40,360 nt of DNA from Deltaproteobacteria bacterium (lineage in GTDB: Bacteria > Myxococcota_A > UBA9160 > SMWR01): positions 1 to 40,360 of the forward strand of contig JAQBGU010000086.1 of assembly GCA_032128375.1 (NCBI GenBank), written 5' to 3'. The notes under the pieces were generated by a model. The model made no database searches and had not been told where the DNA came from. It saw only the letters and a program-made list of their open reading frames with translations. Both the position numbers and the translations under genes were made by a program. Positions 1 through 8,443 of the stretch are shown here, in pieces (within the stretch, counting starts at the first letter, position 1; each line of letters starts with the position of its first letter).

Positions 1-960
1 CGGCGCACGCTGGAGGGCCTCGGTGCGGAGGGAGCCGGCGAACAGCTTCGCGAACTGCTGGGGCAACTCGAAGCGGCGGGGATGCCGCAGGAGCAACTCG
101 ACGCGCTGCGCGGATTGATCGACCGGCTGATGGAGGCGATCCGCAAGAGCGTTCGCAACTTCACGGAACGCGAACTCCAGAAGCAGAACCACGACTACAT
201 GGAGAAGTTCCGGCGCGAGACGCTGCTGGAGAAGAGCTTCTACCACCTCACCGAAGACGAAGTGAGAAAGATGCGCGAAGTCGTCGAGCGACTCGCGCAG
301 AAGATCAAGAATATCCTGACGATCCGACGCAAGCGAATGAAGCGCGGAAAGCTCGACTTGCACCAGACGCTGCGGCGCAACATGTCTCATGGCGGGATCC
401 CGTTCGAACTGGTCTGGAAGCACCGCAAGAAGGATCGGCCGAAGCTCGTGATCTTGTGCGACGTGTCGTCTTCGGTCGCGAATGTGTCGCGCTTCATGCT
501 GCAGTTCTGTTACACGCTACAAGAGGCGTTCACGAAGATTCGGGCCTTCATTTTCGTAGCCGAACTGGGAGAAGTCACCCACTTGTTTCAGGATGGCGAT
601 ATCAGCGAGTCGATCGAAGAAGCCCTGGAGGGCGGAGGTGTAATCAACGTCTATACGCGCTCGAACTTCGGCTACGCGTTCCACCATTTCTGGCAGAATT
701 TCCTGTCCTCGATCGACAACAAGACGACCGTCATCGTGCTCGGCGACGCGCGAAACAACTACAATGACGACAAAGCGTGGTGCTTGCGCGAGATCCACCA
801 GAAGGCCAAGAACGTGGTGTGGCTGAACCCGGAGAGTCCCAGTGCCTGGGGGTTCGGTGACAGTGTGATGGACCGCTACGCGCCGTACACCGACGTGGCC
901 GAAGAGTGTCGCAACCTGCGTCAATTGTCCGCGATGATCGACCGGCTCGTACTGCTGTAA
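1..960 (+). CDS. vWA domain-containing CoxE-like protein, 5' end outside the window
   Basis: Frame is open from position 1. Contains GKLDLHQTLRRN, a MIDAS-like DVSSSV, GDARNNY, WLNPE and WGFGDSVM, all typical of VWA_CoxE proteins. Confidence 0.85.
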   Translation, partial: RRTLEGLGAEGAGEQLRELLGQLEAAGMPQEQLDALRGLIDRLMEAIRKSVRNFTERELQKQNHDYMEKFRRETLLEKSFYHLTEDEVRKMREVVERLAQKIKNILTIRRKRMKRGKLDLHQTLRRNMSHGGIPFELVWKHRKKDRPKLVILCDVSSSVANVSRFMLQFCYTLQEAFTKIRAFIFVAELGEVTHLFQDGDISESIEEALEGGGVINVYTRSNFGYAFHHFWQNFLSSIDNKTTVIVLGDARNNYNDDKAWCLREIHQKAKNVVWLNPESPSAWGFGDSVMDRYAPYTDVAEECRNLRQLSAMIDRLVLL

Positions 961-1010
961 CAGCAACAACATCGACGACAACGACATCGACGACAACAAC
1001 AGCAATGACG
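961..1010 (+). repeat. Low-complexity (CAA/CGA)-rich tandem repeat directly after the stop codon
   Basis: ACATCGACGACAAC(G/A) occurs twice (969-998), flanked by CAGCAACA and AGCAAT. Confidence 0.7.
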
Positions 1011-1133
1011 AGCGCGCTCCGAGACACCGCGAGTCCTTCACCGGTTGTTGGCATAGACTAGAATCAAACGCTGTTCTCCGATCGTCCGGGCTGCCCACCC
1101 GGTATTTGCGAACGTCGAGATGTTGAAGGCGCT

Positions 1134-1171
1134 GGCACAACAGGCAAGAACAGGCAAAGACGGGCAAAAAA
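1134..1171. repeat. Degenerate ~10-bp tandem repeat (GGCA-A-rich) x4 at the terminator tail
   Basis: GGCACAACA GGCAAGAACA GGCAAAGACG GGCAAAAAA. Confidence 0.6.
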
Positions 1172-1200
1172 GGAAACGCCCCGCGTGAGCGGGGCGTTTC
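1166..1200 (-). terminator. Rho-independent terminator on the minus strand
   Basis: Perfect 12-bp stem GAAACGCCCCGC (1173-1184) / GCGGGGCGTTTC (1189-1200) with a 4-nt loop. A6 at 1166-1171 reads as a U-tract on the minus strand. Confidence 0.85.
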
Positions 1201-1435
1201 GGAGAGGGGAGAGACGGTGGACGGATGATGGGGGGTGAGAGGTTGGACATTTCGGTGAGAAATGCCAAATCCACCGCCGCTCCATAAACTACTTGACTAA
1301 AATCTCAGCTCTAAAACTCCGTTCCAAAACTCGGTTTTTGACGCCGATCTGGATTTCATCCGCTATTTCATCCTTTGAGGACTCGAAGACTTGAAGAGTT
1401 TTTGAAAGTTTCTGGTGACCTGCGATCAGTCACCT
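1166..1435 (-). ncRNA. Putative ~270-nt small RNA of unknown family
   Basis: Lies between a near-consensus sigma70 promoter (1441-1469, minus) and a minus-strand terminator. Has a 5' hairpin GGTGAC..GTCACC and an internal hairpin at ~1243-1268. No credible long ORF. Confidence 0.6.
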
Positions 1436-1440
1436 CGGGC

Positions 1441-1469
1441 ATTATGGAGTGGCAGCTCTGAATAGTCAA
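1441..1469 (-). promoter_or_regulatory. Sigma70-type promoter on the minus strand
   Basis: TTGACT (1469-1464), 17-bp spacer, CATAAT (1446-1441), with AT-rich sequence upstream (1470-1580). Confidence 0.75.
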
Positions 1470-1583
1470 ACCGTATTTGAGAAAATGATCGAATCTTGAA
1501 CAAATTCTGAAACCACAACAAAGTCATTTAGTTCAATAGTATTTTGAAAGGTAATTCTTGGAATTTCGCCATATTGTGTGATT

Positions 1584-1613
1584 TTGACGCGGTTCCGGCG
1601 GGTCGTGTACCGT
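1584..1613 (+). promoter_or_regulatory. Possible sigma70 promoter for miaB
   Basis: TTGACG, 18-bp spacer, TACCGT, ending ~40 nt before the GTG start. Confidence 0.35.
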
Positions 1614-1655
1614 CCGCCAACTCCGAAGTTACCGGCATTTGTCCAGGAGACCCGC

Positions 1656-3161
1656 GTGAACCCGCCCAGACGTTTTTCGATTCGCACCTACGGGTGCCAG
1701 ATGAACGTTCATGACTCCCAGAAGGTCAGCAACTTGCTGCACCACGACGGTTGGAGCGCGGCGGACTCGGCCGACTCGGCTGACTTGTTGATCATCAATA
1801 CCTGCTCGATTCGCGACAAGGCCGAACATCGGCTCTACAGCGAACTGGGCAAACTTCGGGAGTGGAAGTCCGCCCAGCCCGGTCGGATCATCGGTGTGGC
1901 GGGCTGCGTCGCCCAGCAGCAGGGCGACGCACTGCTGTCGCGATTCTCGCAACTCGACTTCGTTTACGGCACCCACAATCTGCGCCGGGTTCCGTCGATG
2001 GTGGAGGCGGCGCTGGCCGGGCATCGCGGGTCGAAGACCGACGAGGCGAGTACCCATGAGCGATTCGATCTGCCGGCGCCACATCGGGATTTGGCGGCCG
2101 ATCCGGCGGGTCGCGCGTACGTCACCGTGATGGAAGGCTGCGACATGTTCTGCAGCTTCTGCATCGTGCCGTTTACGCGGGGCCGCGAGATCAGCCGTCA
2201 CGCGGATGCCATCGTTGGCGAAGCCCGAGCGCTCGTCGATCGCGGCGTCCGGGAAATCACGTTGCTGGGCCAGACGGTAAACGCCTATGGGCGCCATGCA
2301 CTGAGGCGCGCGCGTGCGACCGGGGGCGTGCTACCCAACGACGTCATCGGCTTTGCTGAACTGCTCGCCGAACTCGACGCGCTCCCGGGGCTTCGGCGGC
2401 TTCGCTACATCAGTCCGCACCCGACCTTTTTCGATCCGACATTGATTCGCGCCCACGGCGACCTCGAATCGCTTTGTCCTCACATTCACCTGCCGGTTCA
2501 GTCAGGTTCCGATCGGATTCTCGAGCGCATGCGCCGCCGCTACACGGCCGGTGACTACCGAAAGCTCGTCGACCAGCTTCGCGACAGCCGTCCCGACCTG
2601 GCAATCACGACCGACCTGATCGTCGGGTTTCCGGGCGAGACCGATGCGGATTTCGAGGACACGCTCGGGCTCGTGCGGGACGTTGCTTTCACGGACAGCT
2701 TCATTTTCAAGTACTCGCCGCGACCCAAGACGGCCGCGGCCCCGATGGACGGAGCTGTCGCCGCCGATGTGGCGCAGCAGCGACTCGAGCAGCTTCAGAA
2801 TCTGCAGCGTTCACTGACTCTGGCCGCCCATCGCCACCGGGTGGGGAGACGCACGCAGGTCCTGGTCGAGGGAGTGAGTCGCCGGGGCGGCAACCAGCGG
2901 TATGGGCGGGATCCGTACAATCGAGTGGTAAATTTTCCGATCCAGGCAGACGATTCGATCGGACGAGCCGAACCGGGCCGATTGCTCGAGGTCGATCTCG
3001 TCGATGCGACGCCGCATTCGTTGATCGGCGAACCCGTCTCGGCTGACGGGCTGGGCACTTCACGGGCTCGGAATCGACAGCCCGTGGCGACAGGAGTGAA
3101 GCTCGGAGCAGGGTCCGCCGATGGTAACCTGCGAGACACCCGAGTCGGCGAATACACGTAG
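1656..3161 (+). CDS. miaB: tRNA-2-methylthio-N6-dimethylallyladenosine synthase MiaB
   Basis: TYGCQMNVHDS, NTCSIRDKAE, GCVAQ, radical-SAM CDMFCSFC, TTDLIVGFPGET and a C-terminal TRAM-like region. GTG at 1656 follows AGGAG. Confidence 0.96.
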   Translation: MNPPRRFSIRTYGCQMNVHDSQKVSNLLHHDGWSAADSADSADLLIINTCSIRDKAEHRLYSELGKLREWKSAQPGRIIGVAGCVAQQQGDALLSRFSQLDFVYGTHNLRRVPSMVEAALAGHRGSKTDEASTHERFDLPAPHRDLAADPAGRAYVTVMEGCDMFCSFCIVPFTRGREISRHADAIVGEARALVDRGVREITLLGQTVNAYGRHALRRARATGGVLPNDVIGFAELLAELDALPGLRRLRYISPHPTFFDPTLIRAHGDLESLCPHIHLPVQSGSDRILERMRRRYTAGDYRKLVDQLRDSRPDLAITTDLIVGFPGETDADFEDTLGLVRDVAFTDSFIFKYSPRPKTAAAPMDGAVAADVAQQRLEQLQNLQRSLTLAAHRHRVGRRTQVLVEGVSRRGGNQRYGRDPYNRVVNFPIQADDSIGRAEPGRLLEVDLVDATPHSLIGEPVSADGLGTSRARNRQPVATGVKLGAGSADGNLRDTRVGEYT

Positions 3162-3228
3162 TCGCGGCGGCGTGATGCTGGGACTGCCAACCATCGGCTG
3201 ACGTACCGATCGAGCGAAGGGGAATCGG

Positions 3229-5085
3229 ATGCCCAAGGGGCGCATCCTCGCAGTGGACGACCAGCGTTACTTCCGCGAGCTGCTGGAGGGAATGCTGGTG
3301 GAAGAAGGCTTCGAGGTTCAAACGGCCTCGAGCGGTCAGGAGGCTCTTCGCCTTCTGGGGCGCTCCAAGTTCGACATCGTGCTCACCGATCTGGTCATGC
3401 CCGAGATGGACGGCAACGAACTGGTCCACCGCGTAAAGCGGTTCGATCCCGACCAGGACATCGTAGTCGTGACCGGTGTCGTGGATGTGAGGACCGCCGT
3501 CGACTCGATGAAGCTCGGCGCGTCTGAATACCTGCTCAAGCCGTTCGATCGGGGAACGCTGGCGAACACGCTCGAAGGCGTGCTGCATCGCCGCAGGCTT
3601 CGCATCGAGCACTCGCGGCTACTCGAGGAGAACATCGAATACATGGGCGAGCGCACGCTCATCGAGCGCGCGATGGCGCTGTTCTCGTTCCTTTCTGTCG
3701 AACCGCTGGCAGAACGGATCGTCGAGGGTCTGTGTGTCGAGACGGGCGCGCAGGGGGGCATCCTGTGGATCGCGGACAAAGCCGGGGCCGATTCTCTGCG
3801 TCTGGTGTCCGCGCGCGGACTGGTGCGCGTCGATGAGGAGTCGGAGTCACTCGCCGTGTGCGAGTTGCTCGCCGATTTTCGCGACGGGACGCTCCGATCC
3901 CAGATCGTAGATCAACAGGGAAACGCGGCCGACGAGGGCGACAGCCTGTCGCTCGTGTTGCGAGATGAGTCTCGCGTGAGCGGTATCGTGAGGCTGACCG
4001 ACAAACTGGGTGGCGACCGATTCGATGCCATCGATCGAGCCAGCGCAGAGAAGTTCGTCGGATTCGCACAGACCGCGCTCGTCAATGCGGTCCGTTTTGG
4101 AGCGCTCGAGCGCCGCACGCTCGAGGATGCCGCTACGGGTGCGTACACGATCGAGCATTTCGAAAACGCCGTCCGCAAGGAGATCGAGAAATCGACTCGC
4201 CACGGGCGCGCGTTTTCGGTACTCGAGGTCGCGTTCACGCGGATAGAGGGAATCAATTCGCAGGCCGTGGAACGCGCCTACCGGGAATGGTTGGCGGATC
4301 TGGTTCAGCAGTTCTCCGCTCTGCAGAGGTCGACCGATTTGTTGGCGTTTGATGGCGAAGGCCAACTCATGGCGTTGCTTCCCGAAGCCGATGCTCTGGG
4401 CGCCACACTGATGAAGCAGCGGGCCGCGAAGACTTTCGAGTCGGTGTTGGAGGAGGCCTCGGCCGAAGGCGGCGCAATGGCGGGCTTGGCTCCCGAACGT
4501 CGACCCCAGCTGGGTCTGGCGGTCGTCACCTACCCGGCGGATGGAACGCAGCTCGAGAGCCTGATGCGCGCGCTCGACGAGCGCGTCGTACAGGACCGGG
4601 AGAGTCTGGTGCGGGAGTTGGAGCTGAATCGGCTTCCGTTGACGGTTTGTTTCGAGCTACTGCTGGAACGCGGCTTCGCAATGTCGCCCGACGAGGTCGC
4701 AAAAATGGGGGACCTCGTACTCGGCGAGCCTCTGCGCGGTTCGACGGGCCGAACACTGTTGTACGTGTCGCCGGGTCGCATGTTTGTCGATGCCGTCTCC
4801 AATAGCCTGTGTGGAAGACGTGATCTCGCGGACACCCTTGCCGACATGGAAGTCGCTGTGTTGAGCGGGGAGCCCCGACCGCGGGGTCTGGACGAGCGGG
4901 TCACCTGGGTAGCGGGCGATAGCCCCGGGAATGCACCGTTCGTGATCCGCTTCGGAGATGGGCCCGCCTATGCGCTGATCTGCGATGACGTGGCCGGTAC
5001 CGCGAACGGCCGGATGTTTCACACCGCTGATCGCTGTCTGGTCGAACACCTGGCGCTTCGCGTTCAACGGGGCCTGGCCGGATAG
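3229..5085 (+). CDS. Response regulator: REC + GAF + degenerate GGDEF + C-terminal (DICT-like?) domain
   Basis: REC motifs are intact (AVDD, LTDLVMP, VTG, LKP). A GAF-like middle region follows. The GGDEF fold shows DAATGAY...RSTDLLAFDGEGQL...YPADG. Confidence 0.85.
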   Translation: MPKGRILAVDDQRYFRELLEGMLVEEGFEVQTASSGQEALRLLGRSKFDIVLTDLVMPEMDGNELVHRVKRFDPDQDIVVVTGVVDVRTAVDSMKLGASEYLLKPFDRGTLANTLEGVLHRRRLRIEHSRLLEENIEYMGERTLIERAMALFSFLSVEPLAERIVEGLCVETGAQGGILWIADKAGADSLRLVSARGLVRVDEESESLAVCELLADFRDGTLRSQIVDQQGNAADEGDSLSLVLRDESRVSGIVRLTDKLGGDRFDAIDRASAEKFVGFAQTALVNAVRFGALERRTLEDAATGAYTIEHFENAVRKEIEKSTRHGRAFSVLEVAFTRIEGINSQAVERAYREWLADLVQQFSALQRSTDLLAFDGEGQLMALLPEADALGATLMKQRAAKTFESVLEEASAEGGAMAGLAPERRPQLGLAVVTYPADGTQLESLMRALDERVVQDRESLVRELELNRLPLTVCFELLLERGFAMSPDEVAKMGDLVLGEPLRGSTGRTLLYVSPGRMFVDAVSNSLCGRRDLADTLADMEVAVLSGEPRPRGLDERVTWVAGDSPGNAPFVIRFGDGPAYALICDDVAGTANGRMFHTADRCLVEHLALRVQRGLAG

Positions 5086-5143
5086 CCGGCTCGAATTGCG
5101 TGATTGCTCCGTGGTCGGAGCCCACGCGCAGGGGGGAGAAACG

Positions 5144-6691
5144 TTGGGTGGGGTGCTGATCGCAGACGCTGATAGCGACCGCGGCCAACGCATCGCGTCC
5201 GCCTGCTCCGAACTCGGGCTCGTTGTGCGGGTGGTCACGCATGGTGGGGCCGCGCTCGAAACAGCACTGGCCAAGCCGCCCGTGGTGATGATCGTTCAGC
5301 TCGAACTGCCGCTGATCGCCGGGGAGCAACTCGGCGAAATTCTTCTCGCGAACCCGCGGACCGGTGAGGTGGCTCTGGTTTTCCTGGCCGATACGACCGC
5401 CCAATCGGCTGTCCTGGGGTTGAAGGGCCAAGTATTCCCCCCGCGATCGCCCGCCACGGAGGTCGCTCGACTCGCACAGCGGCTACTCGAGCGACTCGGG
5501 CCGGCTTCACTCGCGCCGCCTGGATCGCCGGGTTCGGATGGCGTAGAAGGTGAACTCTCGCAGCTTCCGCTGGCGGACCTGGTCCAGCTCTTCCATGTCA
5601 GTCAGAAGAGTGGTCGCGTCGAATTGTCTCGGAAGACAGCTGACGGAGCGGTAGAAACGGGCACCGTCGTGCTGCGTGACGGAGACCTGATTCACGCCAC
5701 AACTGGTTCTGCGGTGGGAGAAAAGGCGCTGTATCGGTTGCTCGAGTGGGATCGGGGCAGGTTTGATTTCCATTCGAGCCAGCTGTCGGGCACCGACACA
5801 CAAACAAGGACTCTCGAGAAGCCAACCGGCGCGCTCGTGCGAGAGGGAGTGCGTCAGGCACAGGAGCGTGCGCGGCTGGCTCGCGATCTGCCACCGGCCG
5901 ACGCGCGGGTTCGGCTCAAGGTCCGGCGCGCATCGCTGCCGATCGTGATTCACCCACTGACCCAGGAGGTGCTGCTGGTTCTCGAAGGCTACACGCGGGT
6001 TGGTGATGTGGTCGATCACTGCTCGTTTTCTGACTACCAGGTGTTGCGAACACTACGGACCCTGATCGATCGCGACTTGGTCGAGTTGAGCCGCGGCTCG
6101 AAACCCGCGCAGAGCGAGTCGAAGCTCGGACTATTTGCAGCGGCGCGCGGGGATCGCTTGTGCGAGTGGTTGGGCACAGGGCCAGCAGATCACGCGCAGC
6201 CGACAGACGCGAAACTCCTGGTCGTCTCATCCGATTCCGAGGCCTCTCGCGGGTTCCTCAGGTTGGTGAGCCGACTGCCTGGTGCGACGCATGCGTCGGC
6301 ATTTGGCGCGAAAACGACCATCGGTTCGCTCGGAAGATTGGCTGTGAATTCGAAAGTCGGCATCGAATTCGTGCAGGTCCCGTCTGATGCCCGCTACGCG
6401 CCCCTGTGGCCGATCGCTGCTCACGGTGCGCTCGGCGTGCTGTTTGTGCTTTCCAGCCCCGTTTCGGCGGGACTCGAAGCGGTTCGATGCGCGGCCGAGA
6501 CCTTGTCGCGATTGCCTCGCGCGCGCATCTTTCATTTGCTCTTGCTCGAAAAAGAAGGCGATATCGAGCCCGATGCACTGCGGGAAAACCTGTCTCTTTT
6601 TGACGAGAGCGCACTTTTTCTGATCCCGCTCGCCAACCCAACCAGCACAGACGTCTTGCTGCGCGAAATGTTCGTGCGAATTCTGCCCTGA
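5144..6691 (+). CDS. Pseudo-receiver + DUF4388 (PatA-N) + wHTH + degenerate small-GTPase-like domain protein
   Basis: TTG start follows GGGGGAG. REC-like N-terminus has Q at the phospho-Asp position. DUF4388 signature GELSQLPLADLVQLF...KSG...GEKALYRLLEWDRGRFDF. C-terminus resembles the MglA/CvnD GTPase pattern. Confidence 0.75.
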   Translation: MGGVLIADADSDRGQRIASACSELGLVVRVVTHGGAALETALAKPPVVMIVQLELPLIAGEQLGEILLANPRTGEVALVFLADTTAQSAVLGLKGQVFPPRSPATEVARLAQRLLERLGPASLAPPGSPGSDGVEGELSQLPLADLVQLFHVSQKSGRVELSRKTADGAVETGTVVLRDGDLIHATTGSAVGEKALYRLLEWDRGRFDFHSSQLSGTDTQTRTLEKPTGALVREGVRQAQERARLARDLPPADARVRLKVRRASLPIVIHPLTQEVLLVLEGYTRVGDVVDHCSFSDYQVLRTLRTLIDRDLVELSRGSKPAQSESKLGLFAAARGDRLCEWLGTGPADHAQPTDAKLLVVSSDSEASRGFLRLVSRLPGATHASAFGAKTTIGSLGRLAVNSKVGIEFVQVPSDARYAPLWPIAAHGALGVLFVLSSPVSAGLEAVRCAAETLSRLPRARIFHLLLLEKEGDIEPDALRENLSLFDESALFLIPLANPTSTDVLLREMFVRILP

Positions 6692-6741
6692 TCGAACGCA
6701 TGACCCGGCACACCGAACCCGGTACGCAAAACCCCGGCGGC

Positions 6742-6770
6742 TTGACCTAACCCCCAGCAACCATTAAACT
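6742..6770 (+). promoter_or_regulatory. Sigma70 promoter of guaBA with GC-rich discriminator
   Basis: TTGACC (6742-6747), 17-bp spacer, TAAACT (6765-6770), then GCGCGCCC. Confidence 0.7.
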
Positions 6771-6876
6771 GCGCGCCCAATTGGGGGGGCGCGCGTATCA
6801 CTTCAGGACCTCGGCGCAGAATTTCCGGGTTCGATCCGCAGCGAACTGCGGCGACCCACGCGCGCCCGCGATCGAT

Positions 6877-8340
6877 ATGAGCGACCAGTTGATGCGCGAG
6901 GGACTGACGTTCGACGATGTCCTGCTGTCGCCTGGCGCCAGCGATGTCCTACCCGGTGATGTCGACCTCCGCTGCCAGCTGACCCGCGAAATCTCGTTGG
7001 ACATCCCGTTGCTGTCTGCGGCGATGGATACGATCACCGAGCACGAAACGGCGATCTGTCTGGCGCAGAACGGCGGTATAGGCATGCTTCACAAGAACAT
7101 GCCGGTATCGATTCAGGCCGCCGAAGTCGACAAGGTCAAGCGCAGCGAGTCTGGCATGATCGTCGACCCCATCACGATGCGACCCGAGCAACCCGTCTTC
7201 GAGGCGCTCGATGTGATGAAGCGTTACCGCATCTCGGGTGTTCCGGTCACGCGCGACGGCAAGGCCGTCGGAATCCTGACCAACCGCGATCTGCGCTTCG
7301 TGCGCGACACCGACCAGGAGATCTCGCGGGTCATGACCCGGGAAAACCTGGTGACGGTGCCGCCGGGCACCACGATCGATCGCGCCAAGGAATTGCTCCA
7401 CAAATACCGGATCGAGAAACTGCTCGTGGTCGACGACCACGGCATGCTGTGCGGGCTGATCACCATCAAAGATATCGAGAAGAGCGAACGCTTTCCCGAT
7501 GCGTCGAAAGACGAACTCGGCCGGCTCTTGTGCGGCGCCGCCGTCGGCGTGGGCGAAGACCGGCTGGAGCGAGCACAGGCCTTGGTGGATGCCGGAGTCG
7601 ATGTGGTGGTCGTGGATACCGCGCACGGTCACTCGTCGGGTGTACTTCGAGCGATCGAGGACCTGCACAGAACATTCCCTGAGTTGCCGTTGATCGGCGG
7701 CAACGTCGCCACGCCGGAAGGCTGTGAGGCGCTGATCAAGACGGGCGTATCGGCTGTCAAGGTGGGTGTTGGACCGGGATCGATCTGCACCACGCGCATC
7801 ATCGCGGGCATCGGTGTGCCGCAGTTCACCGCAGTGCTCGAATGCGCCAGGGTCGCCGCCAAGGCCGGCGTACCGGTCATCAGCGATGGCGGCATCAAGT
7901 TTTCCGGCGACGTCGTCAAGGCGCTGGCGGCGGGCGCGTCGACCGTGATGATTGGAGCACTATTCGCCGGGACCGATGAGGCTCCGGGAGAAGTCGTTCT
8001 CTACCAGGGGCGCTCCTACAAGGTCTATCGCGGCATGGGGTCGCTCGGGGCCATGTCAGACGGCAGCGCAGACCGCTACTTCCAAGCCGACGTGGACGAC
8101 TCGTCGAAGTTGGTTCCCGAGGGAATCGAAGGGCGCATCCCGTACCGCGGTAGCCTGACGAGCAACGTCTACCAGTTGATCGGAGGCTTGCGCTCGGGGA
8201 TGGGGTACATCGGTGCGCCCAACCTGACTGAACTCAAGCGACGCGCACGCTTCTTGCGAATTTCGTCCGCCGGGCTCCAAGAGAGCCACGTTCATGATGT
8301 CATCATCACAAAAGAAGCTCCGAATTACCGAATCGAGTAG
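6877..8340 (+). CDS. guaB: Inosine-5'-monophosphate dehydrogenase
   Basis: [15 protein letters not shown], a CBS pair, [22 protein letters not shown] and ESHVHDV. Confidence 0.98.
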   Translation: MSDQLMREGLTFDDVLLSPGASDVLPGDVDLRCQLTREISLDIPLLSAAMDTITEHETAICLAQNGGIGMLHKNMPVSIQAAEVDKVKRSESGMIVDPITMRPEQPVFEALDVMKRYRISGVPVTRDGKAVGILTNRDLRFVRDTDQEISRVMTRENLVTVPPGTTIDRAKELLHKYRIEKLLVVDDHGMLCGLITIKDIEKSERFPDASKDELGRLLCGAAVGVGEDRLERAQALVDAGVDVVVVDTAHGHSSGVLRAIEDLHRTFPELPLIGGNVATPEGCEALIKTGVSAVKVGVGPGSICTTRIIAGIGVPQFTAVLECARVAAKAGVPVISDGGIKFSGDVVKALAAGASTVMIGALFAGTDEAPGEVVLYQGRSYKVYRGMGSLGAMSDGSADRYFQADVDDSSKLVPEGIEGRIPYRGSLTSNVYQLIGGLRSGMGYIGAPNLTELKRRARFLRISSAGLQESHVHDVIITKEAPNYRIE

Positions 8341-8375
8341 TCGAATCGAGTAGTCGAATCGAGCGGATCGAGTAA
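8329..8375 (+). repeat. 13-bp tandem repeat spanning the guaB stop codon
   Basis: CGAATCGAGTAGT x2, then CGAATCGAG and a degenerate CGGATCGAGTAA. Confidence 0.8.
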
Positions 8376-8443
8376 CATCGACATCCCCTTGTCACTACAC
8401 CCTCGGACGCATCCCCGTCGCTTCGCCTTCCTCCGGTGAAACG

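Noticed and set aside
1038..1285. Minus-strand ORFs 1038-1274 and 1064-1285
   Set aside because: Both run through a strong intrinsic terminator and low-complexity sequence, with no protein-like motifs.
1307..1330. GTTTTAGAGCT (minus) and GTTCCAAAAC (plus) resemble the ends of type II-A CRISPR repeats
   Set aside because: Single short matches on opposite strands, with no repeat-spacer periodicity and no cas genes in the window.
4985..5143. ORF-track N-terminal extensions (also miaB 1578, guaB 6781, 13405, pheT 18911, 24068, 38616)
   Set aside because: They overlap neighbouring genes or promoters. Downstream starts fit SD position, stop/start overlap or family N-termini better.
6771..6876. 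Classical purine (guanine) riboswitch upstream of guaB
   Set aside because: The conserved purine-aptamer junction and loop sequences are not present, so it is reported as an unknown structured leader instead.
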